64,000 nucleotides of DNA from Candidatus Latescibacterota bacterium. Lineage in GTDB: Bacteria > Latescibacterota > UBA2968. A program made the position numbers and the translations under genes. The stretch spans positions 3,328,001 through 3,392,000 of the forward strand of contig OZ242311.1 of NCBI GenBank assembly GCA_965207885.1, given 5' to 3'. The first letter of the stretch is position 1, and each line of letters starts with the position of its first letter. The notes beneath the pieces were generated by a model, which was not told the origin of the DNA, did no database searches, and saw only the letters and a program-made list of their open reading frames with translations. Of this stretch, positions 48,570-58,789 are shown piece by piece.

Positions 48570-49325
48570 CTATATAGCCGCTTTCACAATAGCGGCAAAG
48601 TCATCGGCTTCCAACGAAGCCCCGCCGATCAATCCACCGTCGATATTGTCCTGCTCAAACAACTCCGCCGCATTATCTGGCTTCACAGACCCGCCGTATT
48701 GTATGAGAATCGCCTGCGCGACATCGTCGTCGTAAAGTTGAGCCACCACCTGGCGGAGAAACGCATGGACGGCCTCTGCCTGTTCCGGCGTCGCCGTCAG
48801 TCCCGTACCAATGGCCCAAACAGGCTCATAAGCCAGGGTAATCCCCTGCACTTCATCAGCGGAAACGCCATTGAGAGCACCCCGCGTTTGCTTCTCAACC
48901 ACCTGCTCAGTCACATCGCTCTGACGCTCATCAAAAGACTCGCCAATACACATAATAGGCTTCAATCCAGCACTCAGAGCTGCCTTTAAACGGCGGTTGA
49001 CAGTCGCGTCAGTTTCGCCAAAAAACTGCCGTCGTTCAGAGTGTCCTAATATAACGTATTCACAACCGCAAGTCAACAGCATGGGGGCCGAAACCTCACC
49101 CGTAAAAGCACCCTCAGCCTCCCAGTACATATTCTGAGCACCCAGCCCTACGCCAGTGCAGCACACCACACTTGAAACCCGTTCCAGCGCCGTAAAAGGC
49201 GGACATATTGCCACATCCACATCCGTCACATCCGAAACCGCATCCACCACGCATCGCGCAAGTATTTCTGCCTCATCCGGTGTTTTATTGAGCTTCCAAT
49301 TTCCCGCCACAAACGGCGTTCTCAT
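48570..49325 (-). CDS. tpiA: Triosephosphate isomerase
   Basis: AGNWK, GHSERR, AYEPVWAIGTG, YGGSV, GGASL. Confidence 0.98.
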   Translation of the reverse strand: MRTPFVAGNWKLNKTPDEAEILARCVVDAVSDVTDVDVAICPPFTALERVSSVVCCTGVGLGAQNMYWEAEGAFTGEVSAPMLLTCGCEYVILGHSERRQFFGETDATVNRRLKAALSAGLKPIMCIGESFDERQSDVTEQVVEKQTRGALNGVSADEVQGITLAYEPVWAIGTGLTATPEQAEAVHAFLRQVVAQLYDDDVAQAILIQYGGSVKPDNAAELFEQDNIDGGLIGGASLEADDFAAIVKAAI

Positions 49326-49356
49326 TACAACTTCCTTTCAAAATTTGAACACGCAC

Positions 49357-50562
49357 CTATTCTTCCTCTTCCCTATCCGAAAGTGCCGCCACACCCGGCA
49401 GTGTTTGGCCTTCTAAAAACTCCAGCGACGCCCCACCCCCGGTCGAGACATGACTCAATTTTTCCGCCACGCCAAAATCTGCCATCGCAGCAGCAGTCTC
49501 CCCCCCGCCAACAATCGTCGTTGCACCGCGCTCAGTCGCCGTAACCAGTGCGCTGGCAACCGCACGCGACCCTTTTGAGAACGAGTGAATCTCGCACACC
49601 CCCAGAGGACCATTCCACACCACGGTTTTGGCACTTAAAACCACATCGGAAAATCGCTTCCGCGTCTCGATTCCGATATCAAACCCCTCCAAATCTGCTG
49701 GAATTTGATCTCGCGGCACTATCTGAGCAGATACCCCCTCCGTCATCTCTGCTGCCACAACCGTATCGGTTGGCAATATCAGATCGACATCTTCGGTCTC
49801 GGCGCGTTTGAGCAAATGGGTAGCGACTCCAACGCGATCTTCTTCTAACAACGACTTCCCAATTTCCAGGCCCATCGCCTTAAAAAACGTAAACGCCATA
49901 CCACCGCCAATAAGCAGGGTATCTACTTTTGAAAACAAATTTTCAATCACATCAATTTTACCAGAAATTTTTGCCCCGCCCATAATCGCGACATAAGGAC
50001 GCGCCGGATCGGCCAACGCCGTGCCCAGATACTCCAATTCTTTCTGCAACAACAAACCCGCAGCGCATTCAACAAAATAATGGGTAACGCCCTCAGTAGA
50101 GGCATGCGCGCGATGGGCACTGCCAAAGGCATCGTTGACATATACATCGCCCAATTCCGATAATTGTGTGGCAAAACCCGGCGCATTTTTTTCTTCGTCG
50201 GCGTGAAAACGCAAATTTTCGAGCAACACAACCGAACCATCGGGCGCGCGTTTCACAAGTGAATTTGTTGCCTCGCCCACGCAGTCTGACGATAGAAGCA
50301 CCTCCCGTCCCAACAACACTTGAAGGACTTCAGCCACGGGTTTAAGCGATAACTCGGGCACAACCTCACCCTCGGGGCGACCCAGATGAGACATCAATAC
50401 GGGCTGTCCCCCCGCATCCAAAATGTGTCGGATCGTAGGTAAAGAAGCCCGCAAGCGCGTGTCATCTCCGACCTGTCCATCTTCAATGGGCACATTGAAA
50501 TCAACGCGCACCAGAACGCGCTTATCCCTCAAATCCAGGTCTGTAATCGACAACTTCGCCAC
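49357..50562 (-). CDS. pgk: Phosphoglycerate kinase
   Basis: RVDFNVP, SHLGRP, LENLRF, DAFG.AHRAHAS, STGGGASLE; GTG start assumed. Confidence 0.98.
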   Translation of the reverse strand: MAKLSITDLDLRDKRVLVRVDFNVPIEDGQVGDDTRLRASLPTIRHILDAGGQPVLMSHLGRPEGEVVPELSLKPVAEVLQVLLGREVLLSSDCVGEATNSLVKRAPDGSVVLLENLRFHADEEKNAPGFATQLSELGDVYVNDAFGSAHRAHASTEGVTHYFVECAAGLLLQKELEYLGTALADPARPYVAIMGGAKISGKIDVIENLFSKVDTLLIGGGMAFTFFKAMGLEIGKSLLEEDRVGVATHLLKRAETEDVDLILPTDTVVAAEMTEGVSAQIVPRDQIPADLEGFDIGIETRKRFSDVVLSAKTVVWNGPLGVCEIHSFSKGSRAVASALVTATERGATTIVGGGETAAAMADFGVAEKLSHVSTGGGASLEFLEGQTLPGVAALSDREEEE

Positions 50563-50593
50563 ACCATCGCCTCTCAAAAGTCAAAATCAGCGA

Positions 50594-51631
50594 CTATTTT
50601 TCCATCTTTGCCAACTTCGCGATCAAATCCACACATCGGTTGGAATACCCCCACTCATTGTCGTACCATCCACACACCTTCACCATATTGCCATCCATCA
50701 CCGTGGTAATCATCGAATCGAAAATACAGGAATGGGCATTCCCCAGAATGTCGGCAGAAACAATGGGATCATCGGTATATTCCAGAATACCTTTCAAACG
50801 CCCCTGCGCAGCACACTCAAAGGCATTATTCACCTCTTCTGCTGTCACCTCTTTTTTTAGCACCGCGACAAAATCGGTAAATGAACCATCTGGCGTGGGA
50901 ACGCGCACGGCCATACCATCGAGTTTCCCATTGAGTTCGGGAATAACCAGCCCCACCGCACTCGCCGCGCCCGTCGTTGTCGGAATCATCGACAGGGCAG
51001 CAGACCGCGCACGGCGCATATCGGAATGGGGCGCATCAATAAGACTCTGATCGCCCGTATAAGAATGTATAGTGGTCATAAGCCCGTGGACAACGCCAAA
51101 AGAAGCGTGCAACACACTCACCATAGGCGCCAGACAATTCGTCGTACACGAGGCATTGGAAATGACCGCATCATCTTTTTGTAAAACACCGTCATTAATC
51201 CCCATCACCACAGTGGGCAAATCCCCTTTGGCGGGCGCAGAAATAATCACCTTTTTTGCACCTTTTTCTCCCAAATGGGCGCTCGCGGACTCTTTATCGG
51301 TAAAAAAGCCCGTCGATTCAATCACCACATCCACACCCAATGACCTCCATGGCAACTGTGCCGGATCTCGTTCGGACAAAACAGCTACCATTTTGCCATC
51401 TACCACAAGCGCGTCAACCGATGATTTTTCAACTTGCACGCCGTTTTCTCGATGTTTAACACACCCCGGATACCGTCCATGCGTCGAATCGTATTTGAGC
51501 AAATGCGCCAGACTGGCAGCATTGGTCAAATCGTTTACAGCCACCACATTGAGGCCCCGCGCCATCGCCGCGCGAAAAACCAACCGCCCAATCCGCCCAA
51601 ATCCATTGATCCCTACTCTCAGTCCTACCAT
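50594..51631 (-). CDS. gap: Type I glyceraldehyde-3-phosphate dehydrogenase
   Basis: [29 protein letters not shown]; start after GGAGG. Confidence 0.98.
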   Translation of the reverse strand: MVGLRVGINGFGRIGRLVFRAAMARGLNVVAVNDLTNAASLAHLLKYDSTHGRYPGCVKHRENGVQVEKSSVDALVVDGKMVAVLSERDPAQLPWRSLGVDVVIESTGFFTDKESASAHLGEKGAKKVIISAPAKGDLPTVVMGINDGVLQKDDAVISNASCTTNCLAPMVSVLHASFGVVHGLMTTIHSYTGDQSLIDAPHSDMRRARSAALSMIPTTTGAASAVGLVIPELNGKLDGMAVRVPTPDGSFTDFVAVLKKEVTAEEVNNAFECAAQGRLKGILEYTDDPIVSADILGNAHSCIFDSMITTVMDGNMVKVCGWYDNEWGYSNRCVDLIAKLAKMEK

Positions 51632-51648
51632 AATTTCCTCCAAATTCA

Positions 51649-52689
51649 TTATCCGAAAAATACTTTGGCAATATCGTAAAGGCCCATATCTACGGTGCGC
51701 AATTTCGACACGGCCTCTTTCAAGTTAATCGCAACAATATTTTGCCCTCGCAGCGCCACCATCTTGCCAAAATTGCCTGCCTGTATCAGATCAATTGCCG
51801 CAATTCCAAATCGCGTCCCCAACACCCGATCATACGCAGAGGGGCTACCTCCGCGTTGAATATGTCCCAGCACGGTTGCGCGACTTTCGTATCCGGTGCG
51901 CCGCTCAATTTCATCACTCAGCATATTGCCAATGCCCCCCAGGCGAACATGCCCGAATGCATCTTTTTCCTGAGATTGCAACACCATACTGTCATCGTCG
52001 AGCTTGGCACCTTCAGCAACCACGACAATACTAAATGTCTTGCCGCGGGCATGGCGTTTCCTGATGGTATCGCACACGTCATCCATATCAAATGGGACTT
52101 CCGGGATCAGAATCACATCTGCCCCCCCTGCAATACCAGCCTCCACGGCAATCCAACCGGCGTGGCGGCCCATAACCTCGACGACCATCACGCGGTTGTG
52201 AGATTCGGCCGTCGTGTGCAGGCGGTCAATCGCCTCCATCACAATATTAATCGCCGTATCAAAACCAAAGGTCTGGTCTGTGCCATCCAGGTCATTATCA
52301 ATGGTTTTGGGCACACCGACCACTTTGATACCCTGATCTGTGAGTTGATGAGCCACACCAAGCGTATCATCGCCCCCAATGGCAATCAACGCGTCCAGAC
52401 CCATTTTCTCCATCCCCGTTCGCACGAGCGCACCGCCATCTGCACCATCTTGATACGGATTTGTCCGCGACGATCCCAAAATTGTTCCACCGCGCGGCAA
52501 AATCCCCGAAACAGCATCCAAATCCAGAGGGACTGACAGCCCTTCAAGCATCCCTCGCCATCCCTCCTGCACGCCCGTCATGTCGTAATTATAAACCATA
52601 ATGCCTTTGCGTACAATCGCGCGGATTACCGCATTAAGACCTGGGCAATCGCCGCCACCTGTAAGTATGCCAACGCGTTTTACAGACAT
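51649..52689 (-). CDS. pfkA: 6-phosphofructokinase (PfkA family, PPi-type signature)
   Basis: [45 protein letters not shown]. Confidence 0.95.
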   Translation of the reverse strand: MSVKRVGILTGGGDCPGLNAVIRAIVRKGIMVYNYDMTGVQEGWRGMLEGLSVPLDLDAVSGILPRGGTILGSSRTNPYQDGADGGALVRTGMEKMGLDALIAIGGDDTLGVAHQLTDQGIKVVGVPKTIDNDLDGTDQTFGFDTAINIVMEAIDRLHTTAESHNRVMVVEVMGRHAGWIAVEAGIAGGADVILIPEVPFDMDDVCDTIRKRHARGKTFSIVVVAEGAKLDDDSMVLQSQEKDAFGHVRLGGIGNMLSDEIERRTGYESRATVLGHIQRGGSPSAYDRVLGTRFGIAAIDLIQAGNFGKMVALRGQNIVAINLKEAVSKLRTVDMGLYDIAKVFFG

Positions 52690-52759
52690 AATATCTCCCT
52701 TACAAAATCACTATGATGAGCATAATCGCCTGAGTCTTTTAAAATTTCCAAAGGTTTGA

Positions 52760-52788
52760 AGTTTAAGGTATTGCAACATACCTGTCAA
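52760..52788 (-). promoter_or_regulatory. Sigma70 promoter of the glycolytic operon with a palindromic spacer
   Basis: TTGACA-ggtatgttgcaatacct(17 nt)-TAAACT; inverted repeat AGGTAT-N6-ATACCT at 52766-52783. Confidence 0.7.
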
Positions 52789-52825
52789 GCCCGTTGTATT
52801 CGCCCACTAAAATATAAAATCACCG

Positions 52826-53554
52826 TCAAGGCTCTGATTTTTTTACATCTTGAGATAGATCATCCTCACCGAATGGGGGACTGGCAACAGCACCAACGGA
52901 CACGCATTGTGCCCCCGCAGATCTAAGCGCATGAACACATGCATTGAGCGTCGCACCAGTCGTGATGACATCGTCAATCAGAAATATTTTTCGCCCCTCA
53001 ATAGACGCGGGATGACGCACGCGAAATGCTCCCTGCACATTGTATTCGCGTTCCAAAACGCCCAGTTGTGTCTGCGTAGGAGTTGCTCGCACTCTTTTCA
53101 GCGCGTTTGCCATCACTTGTAAACCCGATACCCGTCCTGTAGCACGTGCAATAATCTCACTCTGATTATACCCACGTGCTCTTTTTTTAGCAGAGTGAAG
53201 AGGCACTGGAACAATTACCGCATCGGGTTCGACAGCGCCCGCTATGCGCTGCCCCAAAGCCTTGCCAAATATCTGTCCAGGCAACGTTTTTCCCCGGTAT
53301 TTGAGCGCGTGAATCAAAGACCGAATACAATCATTAAATTGATACAAAATAACTATCTGATCAAATTCGTGTTCAAAATCCACCTCGTGTAGTTCTGAAT
53401 CCCAAATCTCGATATCATCCCAACACGAATCACACAGCCCCGGCGAATCCGGCAGCGATGCTTTGCAAATCATACAAGACGACGGATAAACAAAATTGAG
53501 TGCCGCCTTCCAAATTTTCCATACTATTTGCACAATCTTTCCTCTTCCCCACAT
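52826..53554 (-). CDS. comF: ComF family amidophosphoribosyltransferase-like competence protein
   Basis: N-terminal CxxC...CxxC, LKY, VPVPLH, RGYNQS, LIDDVITTGAT. Confidence 0.9.
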   Translation of the reverse strand: MWGRGKIVQIVWKIWKAALNFVYPSSCMICKASLPDSPGLCDSCWDDIEIWDSELHEVDFEHEFDQIVILYQFNDCIRSLIHALKYRGKTLPGQIFGKALGQRIAGAVEPDAVIVPVPLHSAKKRARGYNQSEIIARATGRVSGLQVMANALKRVRATPTQTQLGVLEREYNVQGAFRVRHPASIEGRKIFLIDDVITTGATLNACVHALRSAGAQCVSVGAVASPPFGEDDLSQDVKKSEP

Positions 53555-53623
53555 TTATTTTTTTTCTTAACCTAAAAAGTCCTTATTTTTTTTCATCCCA
53601 TAACTCAATCGCGGAGATGTGCC

Positions 53624-55582
53624 GTGTCTCTGGAAAATGCCCGCGCAATCGTATTCGATCTCGACGGAACCCTCTTTGACCTGACGCCCGTCGTACATGC
53701 CGCGCGCCAACGCGTTGCTACCTTTCTATTTTCAAACGGTTTTTTTTCTACCCGCGCCTACGCACGCCAGCGCATCAATACGCTCGAACGCAAACACGGC
53801 CCTTATTATTCATCCTCGCCCTATTATTTCGCCTTTTTCGATATCGCCAAAGCCGTCTTCAAAGACAAACCCGACCAGGTGCGTCGTTTCCTCGACAAAC
53901 AAAATACCGACCCGGAAGCCGAGCCGGTCGAAGCCCTCGTAGCAGAAATGGAGCGCGTTTACAATGCCGAAGATGTAGAAGATATTCGCCCCTATCCCGA
54001 TGCGTTACACACCCTTCGGGAATTGCGCCACGCGGGCTATAAACTGTTTCTGGTCACACTGGGCAGAGCACGCCGTCAGCGCAACAAAATTGAATGCCTG
54101 GGCATTGCTCCTTATTTTGATCGCATCATCAACGAAGGTCCCCCTGCACATGCCTACTGGTTTTCAGAGCTTATGGAAAACCACGACCTCTCCCCCGACC
54201 AACTCATCGTCGTTGGCGACCGCACACATGACGAAATCCGTGCGGGCAATCGCCAGGGACTAACCACAATCTGGTTGCGGCGCGGAAGATTCTCCCGCGA
54301 AACACCCGCAATAGGCGACCGTCCCGACTACGAAATTAAATACCTCGCCCAACTATCCACATTATTGCACCTCTCGCGGATCGGGAAAAATCCCGACAGA
54401 TTCAGAATTGCCGTTATCGGCGGCGGCACTGGCCTTCCCACTGTCTTGCGCGGGCTAAGGCCCTATACCCGTCACCCGACAGCCGTCGTTGCCGTAACCG
54501 ATAGCGGAGCTTCCTCGGGGCGTATCCGCTGGAATTTGGGAGTCCAGCCCCCCGGCGACATTCGCAATGCTCTCACAGCACTTGCCGATCCCGAACAGAT
54601 ATCTCAGGGACTTTTCAATGTCTTCCAACACCGCTTTCCCAATAGCGAACAAGAATCCGGTATTTTTAAGAACGACCATATTGGCAATTTTCTCGTGGCT
54701 GCCCTTACCCAGCAACTCGGCGATTTCCATGCGGCTATAAAAACAGCCAGCGACATGCTGCACGTACAGGGCACAGTTTTCCCTGCCAGCACCGACAATG
54801 TCGATATTTGCGCCAAACTGACAAACGGCGAACATCGCTATACCGAATGGATGGTCAGAAAACCCGGCAAACCACCAATTGATCTGGCGTATCTCGTCAC
54901 CAATGACACACTCTTGCGCGAACTCAATCGCAAAAACAGCGCGCTCGATCGCGTCATAGACCCCGAAACAGGACAGGTTGAAATCTGCGTGCGTCAGGGG
55001 CGCAAAGTGAGCCTGGAACAAGATCAGATCAGAGCACCGCGTGGAGCTTTGCAAGCCATTGCAGATGCAGATATCGTCGTCATAGGACCGGGTAGCCTGT
55101 ACACCAGTGTCATCACCAATCTCCTCGTACCCGATATTCAAAAAGCACTGGTCAAACGCGCTCAGGGCAAAACCATCTATGTTTGCAACATCGTCACACA
55201 ACCCGGACAAACCGACGATTTTAGAGCCTCTGACCACCTCAAATCCATCCTCAAACACATTCCCGAAAATCAGCGCGATGGCGTCATCGATCACACGTTG
55301 GTGCAGGACCTCCGCATATTCCAAACGCCCAAAAGCAAGGACTGGCACCCACTGCTCAAAAAATACAAAAAAGATGGCAAAATTCTGGTTGAATCCGATA
55401 CAGAAACGCTCGACGCCCTCGGTCCCTGGACCCGCGCTGACTTCTTAGAAGAATTTCATCCCGATGCCATAGAGCGCGGCACCGGCGATTTTATCAGCCA
55501 CGACCCGGCCAAAGTCGCCGATGCGATCTGTCGCATTTTCTGCGGCCTGAGCGTACCCGACTACTGGGGCCTGGACGAATGA
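53624..55582 (+). CDS. HAD hydrolase fused to a YvcK/GlmR (UPF0052, CofD-like) domain
   Basis: N-terminal FDLDGTL...VGDR..DEI; C-terminal IGGGTGL, DSGASSG, PPGDIRN, GPGSLYTSV, TQPGQT, HDP.K.A. Confidence 0.88.
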   Translation: MSLENARAIVFDLDGTLFDLTPVVHAARQRVATFLFSNGFFSTRAYARQRINTLERKHGPYYSSSPYYFAFFDIAKAVFKDKPDQVRRFLDKQNTDPEAEPVEALVAEMERVYNAEDVEDIRPYPDALHTLRELRHAGYKLFLVTLGRARRQRNKIECLGIAPYFDRIINEGPPAHAYWFSELMENHDLSPDQLIVVGDRTHDEIRAGNRQGLTTIWLRRGRFSRETPAIGDRPDYEIKYLAQLSTLLHLSRIGKNPDRFRIAVIGGGTGLPTVLRGLRPYTRHPTAVVAVTDSGASSGRIRWNLGVQPPGDIRNALTALADPEQISQGLFNVFQHRFPNSEQESGIFKNDHIGNFLVAALTQQLGDFHAAIKTASDMLHVQGTVFPASTDNVDICAKLTNGEHRYTEWMVRKPGKPPIDLAYLVTNDTLLRELNRKNSALDRVIDPETGQVEICVRQGRKVSLEQDQIRAPRGALQAIADADIVVIGPGSLYTSVITNLLVPDIQKALVKRAQGKTIYVCNIVTQPGQTDDFRASDHLKSILKHIPENQRDGVIDHTLVQDLRIFQTPKSKDWHPLLKKYKKDGKILVESDTETLDALGPWTRADFLEEFHPDAIERGTGDFISHDPAKVADAICRIFCGLSVPDYWGLDE

Positions 55583-56268
55583 CAGGAAAAATTAGAGGCA
55601 TTATTTTTGACCTCGATGACACCCTCTTTGACTGCACGGGTCAACTCACCCAACCGGCACGTCGCAGAGCCGCTCAAGTTCTCGCATCTGCACATCCCGA
55701 CCTCTCAATTGAGACTGGTTATCAGCAACAAGTGTCACTATCCCAAACGCATGGGTCTTCAGAGGCCATTCGCATACTCGGCACTCAGTACAATATCCCA
55801 GCCAACATCGTAGAACGGGCGCTCAATACCTATAATCCCCACACTGTGGAGACCATCACCCTTTTCCCCGATGTACTCCCCACCCTCGCAACCCTTGTCC
55901 AGCGCGGTTATCAACTCGCCCTCGTCACCTCTGGAAATCCCGACCGCCAGCGCGAAAAAATTCGCCTTCTCGACTTGTGCGATTATTTTAGCGAGGCTGA
56001 CAATACCCTCATCCTACACGACGACCGAAAAAACAGCGATAAAGAGTCATCGCTCACCCAGGCCGCAAGAGCAATATCCTTGCCACACGCCCAGATTCTA
56101 TGCGTGGGAGACAAACTCACCGACGAAATCGCTACGGCCAAAACCCTGAGTATGACTACCGTACACATGCGTCATGGCCGACAAAAAAACAGAAAGCCTC
56201 AAACCCCATCAGAACAGCCCGATATTGAAATAGACCGCATTTCTCAACTGCTATCTCTCCTACCCTGA
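55579..56268 (+). CDS. HAD superfamily hydrolase (class IA)
   Basis: FDLDDTL, LVTSG...QREKI, VGDK..DEI; ATGA overlap with the upstream gene. Confidence 0.9.
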   Translation: MTGKIRGIIFDLDDTLFDCTGQLTQPARRRAAQVLASAHPDLSIETGYQQQVSLSQTHGSSEAIRILGTQYNIPANIVERALNTYNPHTVETITLFPDVLPTLATLVQRGYQLALVTSGNPDRQREKIRLLDLCDYFSEADNTLILHDDRKNSDKESSLTQAARAISLPHAQILCVGDKLTDEIATAKTLSMTTVHMRHGRQKNRKPQTPSEQPDIEIDRISQLLSLLP

Positions 56269-57053
56269 CCTCTATAAACGCAAATCTCATCCCCTCGTTT
56301 TACACCGAGCGTCCTGCTTGCACTGCCCCCACAAACCGCGATCTCCAGCGTATCCAAACTGCCGTAAAGCGCCAGTGTTTTCCCCTTTTCGACCTGGCTA
56401 TATGTCTGACATATCCGATCAAACCGGATCTCGCCAATAATAATCTCAAAATTCCCATCGGGATATTTTGCATCAATTTGCGACCGCGCAATCATTGAGA
56501 TCGCATTGCCAAAATGGTCAACACATACCACTCGTCCAACGAGTGCATCGTCACGTTCTTCAACGCCCCACAAATCGCATGTGACCGGATCCCCAATTTT
56601 TGTCCCCACTTCTTCACATGAAACCCCCTTGAGTAAATGCGCCCCCACCTGGGCAAATACATCTCGTCCGTGGAACGTCGAACTCACTTGCGAGCGCATC
56701 AATGCCACATTTTCAATCGCCACAATGCGCCGTACAACTTCTCGCTCATAGACAGGAGAGAACAGGCCATTATCCGGTCCGACATACACAAATTGCTCTG
56801 TTTCAACGACAATGCCCCGGCGATCACTCCCCACCCCCGGGTCAACCACTCCAACATGTACGCTACCCTCTGGAAAAAAAGGACACGCACAATACATGGC
56901 AAAAGCGCCAGCAGCAACATCCTGGGGCGGCACCTGATGTGTTATATCTACAATTTGAGCCCCTGGCACAGAGGTGAACACCACGCCCTTCATCGCAGCA
57001 ACATAGCCATCAGAAATGCCAAAATCTGTCGTCAGTGTTAATATTCGCCTCAT
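56244..57053 (-). CDS. DUF62 SAM hydroxide adenosyltransferase (chlorinase/fluorinase family)
   Basis: LTTDFG, VVDPGVG..RR, GPDNG, STFHGRDVF, DHFGN. Confidence 0.9.
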   Translation of the reverse strand: MRRILTLTTDFGISDGYVAAMKGVVFTSVPGAQIVDITHQVPPQDVAAGAFAMYCACPFFPEGSVHVGVVDPGVGSDRRGIVVETEQFVYVGPDNGLFSPVYEREVVRRIVAIENVALMRSQVSSTFHGRDVFAQVGAHLLKGVSCEEVGTKIGDPVTCDLWGVEERDDALVGRVVCVDHFGNAISMIARSQIDAKYPDGNFEIIIGEIRFDRICQTYSQVEKGKTLALYGSLDTLEIAVCGGSASRTLGVKRGDEICVYRGQGRRDSS

Positions 57054-57061
57054 ATCACCAC

Positions 57062-57754
57062 CTAAAAAACATTTGCCTCTTTCATACTCAAGAACCGCTC
57101 TGAACCGACGATCAGATGGTCCAACACCTCAATCCCCATAATCTCACCGGCCTGCACCATGCGGCGCGTGAGTTCAATATCTTCTCGGCTCGGTGTTACA
57201 TCACCACTGGGGTGGTTATGCGCCAGAATCACACTCGCAGCAGACGACCCCACAGCCGGCACAAACACCTCTCGCGGATGCACGAGTGAGGCGTTAAGCG
57301 AGCCAACCGACACATTTTCGCGGCAAATCACCTGATTCCGCGCATTGAGAAAAAGCGCCACAAAATATTCCTTGCGCAGATCTTTGATATCTGTCAGCAG
57401 GCCCAAAACATCGGCTGGGCTGGTGATAGTAGGCTCAATACCTATCCCCTGGTTAAGCCCCCGTTTTGCCAGTTCAAATCCCGCGACCAAACCCGCGGCT
57501 TTTGCCCGCCCGATTCCCTTTATTGTCGTGAGCTCTTTCAGATCCATATCCACGAGTTTATTAACGGGATACCTCTTGACTATCCCGCGCGAAATTTCCA
57601 GAACATTTCTGCCTTCGTATCCCGTTCGCAGCAAAATCGCCAGCAGTTCCTCATCGCGCAATCCCTCTGGCCCCAAACGCTCGAGTTTTTCTCGTGGCAT
57701 ATCCACATCTGCCACGCCCGCGATACCTCCTCTACTTTTTACAAAGCCATTCAT
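57062..57754 (-). CDS. radC: RadC family JAB/MPN domain protein (full-length)
   Basis: PREKL...G...L...ELLAILLRTG, HhH GIG.AKA, HPREVF, AHNHPSG...PS..D, LDH. Confidence 0.95.
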   Translation of the reverse strand: MNGFVKSRGGIAGVADVDMPREKLERLGPEGLRDEELLAILLRTGYEGRNVLEISRGIVKRYPVNKLVDMDLKELTTIKGIGRAKAAGLVAGFELAKRGLNQGIGIEPTITSPADVLGLLTDIKDLRKEYFVALFLNARNQVICRENVSVGSLNASLVHPREVFVPAVGSSAASVILAHNHPSGDVTPSREDIELTRRMVQAGEIMGIEVLDHLIVGSERFLSMKEANVF

Positions 57755-57950
57755 ATACTATCTCCCTGATATTGTTTCCACAACATCAGGCAAAATCAGT
57801 GCCGTTGATCAAGATATTTTACAAATCTTTTATTTATATGCACTTATAGATTTAACGACAAAAAAATCAGTACAATATTTGCAACACAATGTTCAATTTA
57901 CATCCCAAAATATGAACATGCTGTTCTTCATTAAGTGCGAAAAAATCTAC

Positions 57951-58757
57951 TCACAGCGTGCGTTTCTGTGCAAAAAGCCATTTCATAAAAACCGGCTCGG
58001 GATCACAGCGATCGCTGCTGAGTTGGGTGCTGCCATTGTCGGCACCGGTAATCATTTTCATAGCAACACCATGTCCATCACCAGCCCAGATCGTGAACTT
58101 CATATTCCCACCCAATTTCTTTATCTCTCCAAAAAGTTTTTGAGCGCGGTCGAATGGACAGACCTTATCCTGATCCCCGTGGAAAGCCCATATCGGAACA
58201 TCTTTAATCACTGACGCATCGATAAATTCTTCTGTCTGAGGCAAACCCGTTCCAGCTGAAGGGGCTGCCGCTGCGAAATAATGGGGATCAATTTGTAAAA
58301 AGACATGGGTACCGTGCCCCCCCATGGAGTGCCCCAGAACGTATATTCTATCCATATCAACGGATGGTAATGTTGCAATGAAATCCTTGATCTTTTGAAG
58401 GTCTTCTGCGTTCCACAAACGACTGACTTGAGGAGCGAGCACATAAGAGGGATAATCTTTTCGCCTCTGCTCGTCTGCAAGAAGTCTATTCCAGCCACGC
58501 AATTGTTTTCGATTATCTGTCCCCCGGCCACCGCCACCATGCAATGAAACGATAACAGGGTAGCGCTTGTCCGCATCAAAATCTATGGGCTTCAACAGCC
58601 GATATGGCATCTCGTTGAAAACGTGAGGTTCATAAAGTTCAACCCATTCATTCCCATCGGGTTGTGCATCTGTTTCTGATGCGGTAACCAACGAGCAAAC
58701 CATGGTCGCAACAACTGCGTCCCAAAAATATCTCTTCAACTGCAAGGGTTGGTTCAT
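57951..58757 (-). CDS. Secreted alpha/beta hydrolase (predicted peptidase/esterase)
   Basis: Signal-like N-terminus, MPYRL..P, LHGGGGRG.DN, GHSMGG, WAFHGD.D, H. Confidence 0.85.
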   Translation of the reverse strand: MNQPLQLKRYFWDAVVATMVCSLVTASETDAQPDGNEWVELYEPHVFNEMPYRLLKPIDFDADKRYPVIVSLHGGGGRGTDNRKQLRGWNRLLADEQRRKDYPSYVLAPQVSRLWNAEDLQKIKDFIATLPSVDMDRIYVLGHSMGGHGTHVFLQIDPHYFAAAAPSAGTGLPQTEEFIDASVIKDVPIWAFHGDQDKVCPFDRAQKLFGEIKKLGGNMKFTIWAGDGHGVAMKMITGADNGSTQLSSDRCDPEPVFMKWLFAQKRTL

Positions 58758-58789
58758 GTCCTAATCCTTTCTTTTTTTGTTGTCAGAGT

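Noticed and set aside
56244-57053. Fluorinase or chlorinase (halogenase)
   Set aside because: It has the Asp-Arg-His set with TFHGRD typical of DUF62 SAM hydrolases, and there is no biosynthetic cluster around it.
57062-57754. radC as a mobile-element marker
   Set aside because: It is the full-length HhH+JAB housekeeping form, not the short element-borne type, and no mobility genes are adjacent.
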